Of a stretch of 64,000 nt of DNA, positions 60,981 to 64,000 are shown piece by piece. The stretch is from an uncultured Chloroflexia bacterium (GTDB lineage: Bacteria; Chloroflexota; Limnocylindria; QHBO01): positions 256,001 to 320,000 of the forward strand of contig CAWFCQ010000008.1 of NCBI GenBank assembly GCA_963814375.1, in the 5' to 3' direction. A program made the translations under genes and the position numbers. The notes below the pieces were generated by a model that was given only the letters and a program-made list of their open reading frames with translations, made no database searches and had not been told where the DNA came from. Position 1 is the first letter of the stretch. Each line of letters starts with the position of its first letter.

Positions 60981-61720
60981 GCTCGCTCGACGAGCTCCGC
61001 GTGGCGCTGGGGCGTGGCGACCATGAGCTCGTCCTCCGCCTGACAGACGCGATGCTCGCGGCGCGTCCCGGCGACGACGCGGCGCACGAGTATCGGGCCC
61101 GGGCGCTGCTCGCGATGGGGCGGCTGGCCGAGGCGGAGCGTCACGCTGCCGATGCCGTGCGGCTCGACCCCGAGGAGATCCGATATCGCGAGCTGCTGGC
61201 GCTGATCCTCTCGCGCGAGGGGGCTCATCGGGAGGCCGCGACCGAGTTCGGGCGGCTCGCGCGCAACGATCCACGGCAGACGGAGTGGACCGTGGCCGAG
61301 GCGCAGGAGCGCATCGGTGCCGCCCAGCCGGCGATGGGCGTCGAGGCCGCGCGACGTGCCGTCGCGCTCGAGCCGGCGAACGCCGAGGCCCAGCTCGCGC
61401 TGTCGCGCGCGCTGGTAAGAACCGGAGACGCCCGGGGAGCGCTTCAGGCGGCATCGCGAGCGTGCGACCTCACACCGGGTGACGTTCATGCCCGTGAGGC
61501 GCTGGCCGATGCGCATTGGCTCGCGGCCAACGAGTCCACCGCCTTCGCCGAGTTCCGCGCCCTCGCCGCCGACGTCGATCCATCGGACCGCGAGCGGATC
61601 ACTCGCAAGGCGCGCGCTCTCTACCGCCAGCGTGCGGGAGGTATCGGGCGTCTCGTGGCCGGCATCGGGCCCGTCTTCGATCTGGCGTTCGGTCGCGGCT
61701 GGCTCAGCGTGCGCCGATGA
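60977..61720 (+). CDS. Tetratricopeptide repeat protein
   Basis: Repeated A..L.P motifs (AVRLDPE, AVALEPA, ACDLTPG); GTGA coupling. Confidence 0.8.
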   Translation: MSSLDELRVALGRGDHELVLRLTDAMLAARPGDDAAHEYRARALLAMGRLAEAERHAADAVRLDPEEIRYRELLALILSREGAHREAATEFGRLARNDPRQTEWTVAEAQERIGAAQPAMGVEAARRAVALEPANAEAQLALSRALVRTGDARGALQAASRACDLTPGDVHAREALADAHWLAANESTAFAEFRALAADVDPSDRERITRKARALYRQRAGGIGRLVAGIGPVFDLAFGRGWLSVRR

Positions 61721-62073
61721 GGGCCGGAATCCTCCGAGATCGGCTGGGTGCGGCGCTGGAAGCCGCGATGCGGACGCGCGAGGCCGAGGCGATCGCGCTG
61801 ACGGCCGACCGCACCAAGGCGATGGGGGTTGCGCTCGCCGGGTTCGCCGACGACGCCGAAGTCGACCTCGATACGCTCGAGGTCTCGACGCGCGCCGCCG
61901 CCGTCGTCCTCGGCTTCCATCCTGAGCACGTTCGCCGCCTCATCCGGACCGGTCGTCTGCGGGCGCGTCGCGACGCTGGCGACTACCACATCAGGCTCGA
62001 TGCGCTGTGGCCGCTTCTCGAGCTCCGATACCGCGCTCCAGGGCGCCGCCGAGCCAGGTCGCGCGGGGCGTGA
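61717..62073 (+). CDS. HTH_17 (excisionase-like) DNA-binding protein
   Basis: STRAAAVVLGFHPEHVRRLIRTGRLRA..D.G.YHI. Confidence 0.75.
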   Translation: MRAGILRDRLGAALEAAMRTREAEAIALTADRTKAMGVALAGFADDAEVDLDTLEVSTRAAAVVLGFHPEHVRRLIRTGRLRARRDAGDYHIRLDALWPLLELRYRAPGRRRARSRGA

Positions 62074-62119
62074 GCGCAGCGGCGGATGACGGCACGCCGG
62101 ATGCAATCCGGCGCGCCCG

Positions 62120-63070
62120 ATGAGCATCAAGGCACTTTTCTGCAGGGCCGACGGTACCGACGAGGCGGTCGACATCGCCGAATGGGAGGCGCGACCGCTC
62201 GCCGCCGACGAGCTGCTGTGGGTCGATGCCGACGAGCCCGACGACCCCCACGCGATCGCCCGCGCGTTGGGCATCGGCGACGACCTCGCCGCGCGGCTGC
62301 TTGACGACGCGGACTGGCCGACCGCCAGCATCCATGACGGCGCCGTGGAAGTTGTCCTCCTGACGCAGGCCGACGACCTCGAGGCCGATCCGGTGCCGAT
62401 GCGCATCCTGGCCGGCGAGGGCTGGGTGGTTACACACCATGCTGAATCGGTCCCGTTCCTCGACGCTCACCGCGAGCTGATCCAGGACCAGCGCGAGGTC
62501 GGGCGCCTCACGTCGGTGGAGTTCATGGCCTCGATCATGGACTGGCATGTCGACACCTTCTTCAATGCCGCGGCCGAGCTTGAGCGTATCGTCGACAGGC
62601 TCGATGACGCGGCGCTGCGCACCGAGCGCGACCTCGTCGATAGGCTGGTGCAGGTTCGTCGCCGCATCGCGCGCGTGCGCCGCATCCTGATCCCGCATCG
62701 GGACCTGGCCGCCGAGCTGTCCCGGCCGGACTTCCTGCCGGCGTCGATGGCCGAGCATGCCGACGCGTTCGTGGCCGTCGCCAAGCGGCTCGAGCGCGCC
62801 GGCGATGCGATCAGCAACGTTCGCGAGATGCTCATCGGCACGTTCGACATCCACATGACACGCATGGCGCAGCGGACGAACGACACCATGCGGATCCTGA
62901 CGCTGGCATCGGTGATCCTGCTGCCGTCGGTCGTCCTGGCCGGCATAATGGGCATGAACTTCAAGGTGCCGCTGTTCGACCAGCCCGACCTGTTCTGGGC
63001 CGTGATCGCCGCGATGCTGGTGATGGCCGCTGCAACCCTCATCGTGGCTCGATGGCGGGGATGGCTGTGA
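62120..63070 (+). CDS. corA: CorA family Mg2+ transporter
   Basis: N.TMRILT; GMNF signature; two C-terminal TM helices. Confidence 0.9.
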   Translation: MSIKALFCRADGTDEAVDIAEWEARPLAADELLWVDADEPDDPHAIARALGIGDDLAARLLDDADWPTASIHDGAVEVVLLTQADDLEADPVPMRILAGEGWVVTHHAESVPFLDAHRELIQDQREVGRLTSVEFMASIMDWHVDTFFNAAAELERIVDRLDDAALRTERDLVDRLVQVRRRIARVRRILIPHRDLAAELSRPDFLPASMAEHADAFVAVAKRLERAGDAISNVREMLIGTFDIHMTRMAQRTNDTMRILTLASVILLPSVVLAGIMGMNFKVPLFDQPDLFWAVIAAMLVMAAATLIVARWRGWL

Positions 63071-63124
63071 CGGCTACAATTCGAGGCTCCCACGCCACGA
63101 CTCGAAGAGGAGCCGATTCGCCGC

Positions 63125-64000
63125 ATGGCCACGAGCGCCCGCAAGCCGTCCACGACACGCAAGCCGCGCCGAACGGCGGCGACCGCAGCCTCGACTGACG
63201 CGAAGCTGATCTACGCCTTCCGCGAGGGCAACGCGTCGATGCGCTCGACGCTCGGCGGCAAGGGTGCCGGCCTGGCGGAGATGACGAACGCGGGTCTGCC
63301 GGTGCCTCCCGGCTTCACGATCACGACCGAGGCCTGCAACGCCTACTACGCGGCCGGCAAGGAGCTGCCGGAGGGCCTGTGGGACGGCGTCGTGGAGCAC
63401 ATGCACGAGCTGGAGCGCGAGACCGGCAAGGGATTCGGCGATCCGGCCAACCCTCTGCTCGTCAGCGTCCGATCCGGCGCCGCATTCAGCATGCCCGGGA
63501 TGATGGACACCGTCCTCAACCTCGGGCTCAACCCCGACACCGTGCAGGGGCTCATCGCGCTCACCGGCAACGAGCGCTTCGCGTGGGATGCCTGGCGGCG
63601 GTTCGTGGCGATGTTCGGCCGGATCGTGCTCGACCTGAGGGCGGAGGACTTCGACCTGCCGTTCGACGAGCTGAAGGAGCAGGCGGGAGCCAAGCTCGAC
63701 ACGGACCTGACCGCGGAGCAGCTGCGCGACATCGGCAACCGGTTCACCGAGATCGTCAGCGAGAAGACCGGCGAACCATTCCCGACCGAGCCGTACCGGC
63801 AGCTGGAGCTCGCCGTTCGCGCCGTCTTCGACTCCTGGTTCGGCAAGCGGGCGCACGACTACCGCGAGTTCAACAAGATCCCGCACGACCTCGGGACCGC
63901 GGTCAACGTGGTCACGATGGTCTTCGGCAACATGGGCGACGATTCCGGCACCGGTGTCGCGTTCACGCGTGACCCGAACACGGGACAGCGCGAGATCTTC
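63125..64000 (+). CDS. ppdK: Pyruvate phosphate dikinase, partial (runs off the window)
   Basis: Translated by hand: LGGKGAGLAEMT, PVPPGFTITTEAC, LLVSVRSGA, SMPGMMDTVLNLG, GTGVAFTRDP. Confidence 0.95.
   Translation, partial: MATSARKPSTTRKPRRTAATAASTDAKLIYAFREGNASMRSTLGGKGAGLAEMTNAGLPVPPGFTITTEACNAYYAAGKELPEGLWDGVVEHMHELERETGKGFGDPANPLLVSVRSGAAFSMPGMMDTVLNLGLNPDTVQGLIALTGNERFAWDAWRRFVAMFGRIVLDLRAEDFDLPFDELKEQAGAKLDTDLTAEQLRDIGNRFTEIVSEKTGEPFPTEPYRQLELAVRAVFDSWFGKRAHDYREFNKIPHDLGTAVNVVTMVFGNMGDDSGTGVAFTRDPNTGQREIF

Noticed and set aside
61717-62073. Prophage or integrative element suggested by the excisionase-like HTH
   Set aside because: No integrase, att repeats or compositional shift; the flanks are housekeeping genes.

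Overview
High-GC bacterial core-genome window. Gene content and protein style suggest Chloroflexota, possibly Limnocylindria; this is an inference, not a database result. Bases 1-34.6 kb hold the translation/transcription supercluster: rpmG, tRNA-Trp, secE, nusG, rplKA, rplJL, rpoBC, str, S10, spc and alpha operons, truA, rplM, rpsI. Bases 34.8-56.7 kb are a tightly coupled run: cdaA-cdaR-glmM-glmS-acpS-nnrD-alr, a degenerate macro domain, a 7-gene uncharacterised cassette, then tsaE-tsaB-rimI-tsaD/rsmA-ispE-ridA-glmU and a CNNM/CorC protein. The window ends with tspO and a polyprenyl synthase (minus strand), recO, glyQS, NTF2-like, TPR, HTH, corA and a partial ppdK. The best candidate for an undescribed system is the 43.1-48.9 kb cassette: membrane proteins, an orphan GlmL/MutL-like actin-fold protein with no B12 mutase nearby, and a soluble partner. 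Other oddities: a 52-bp tandem array and a palindrome around the -35 box upstream of rpoB, a long inverted repeat upstream of rpsL, an RpoB H526N-equivalent, an in-frame tsaD-rsmA fusion, +1 frameshifts in fusA and truA (probably assembly indels), and long low-complexity tails on S3, L15, L5 and RpoC.
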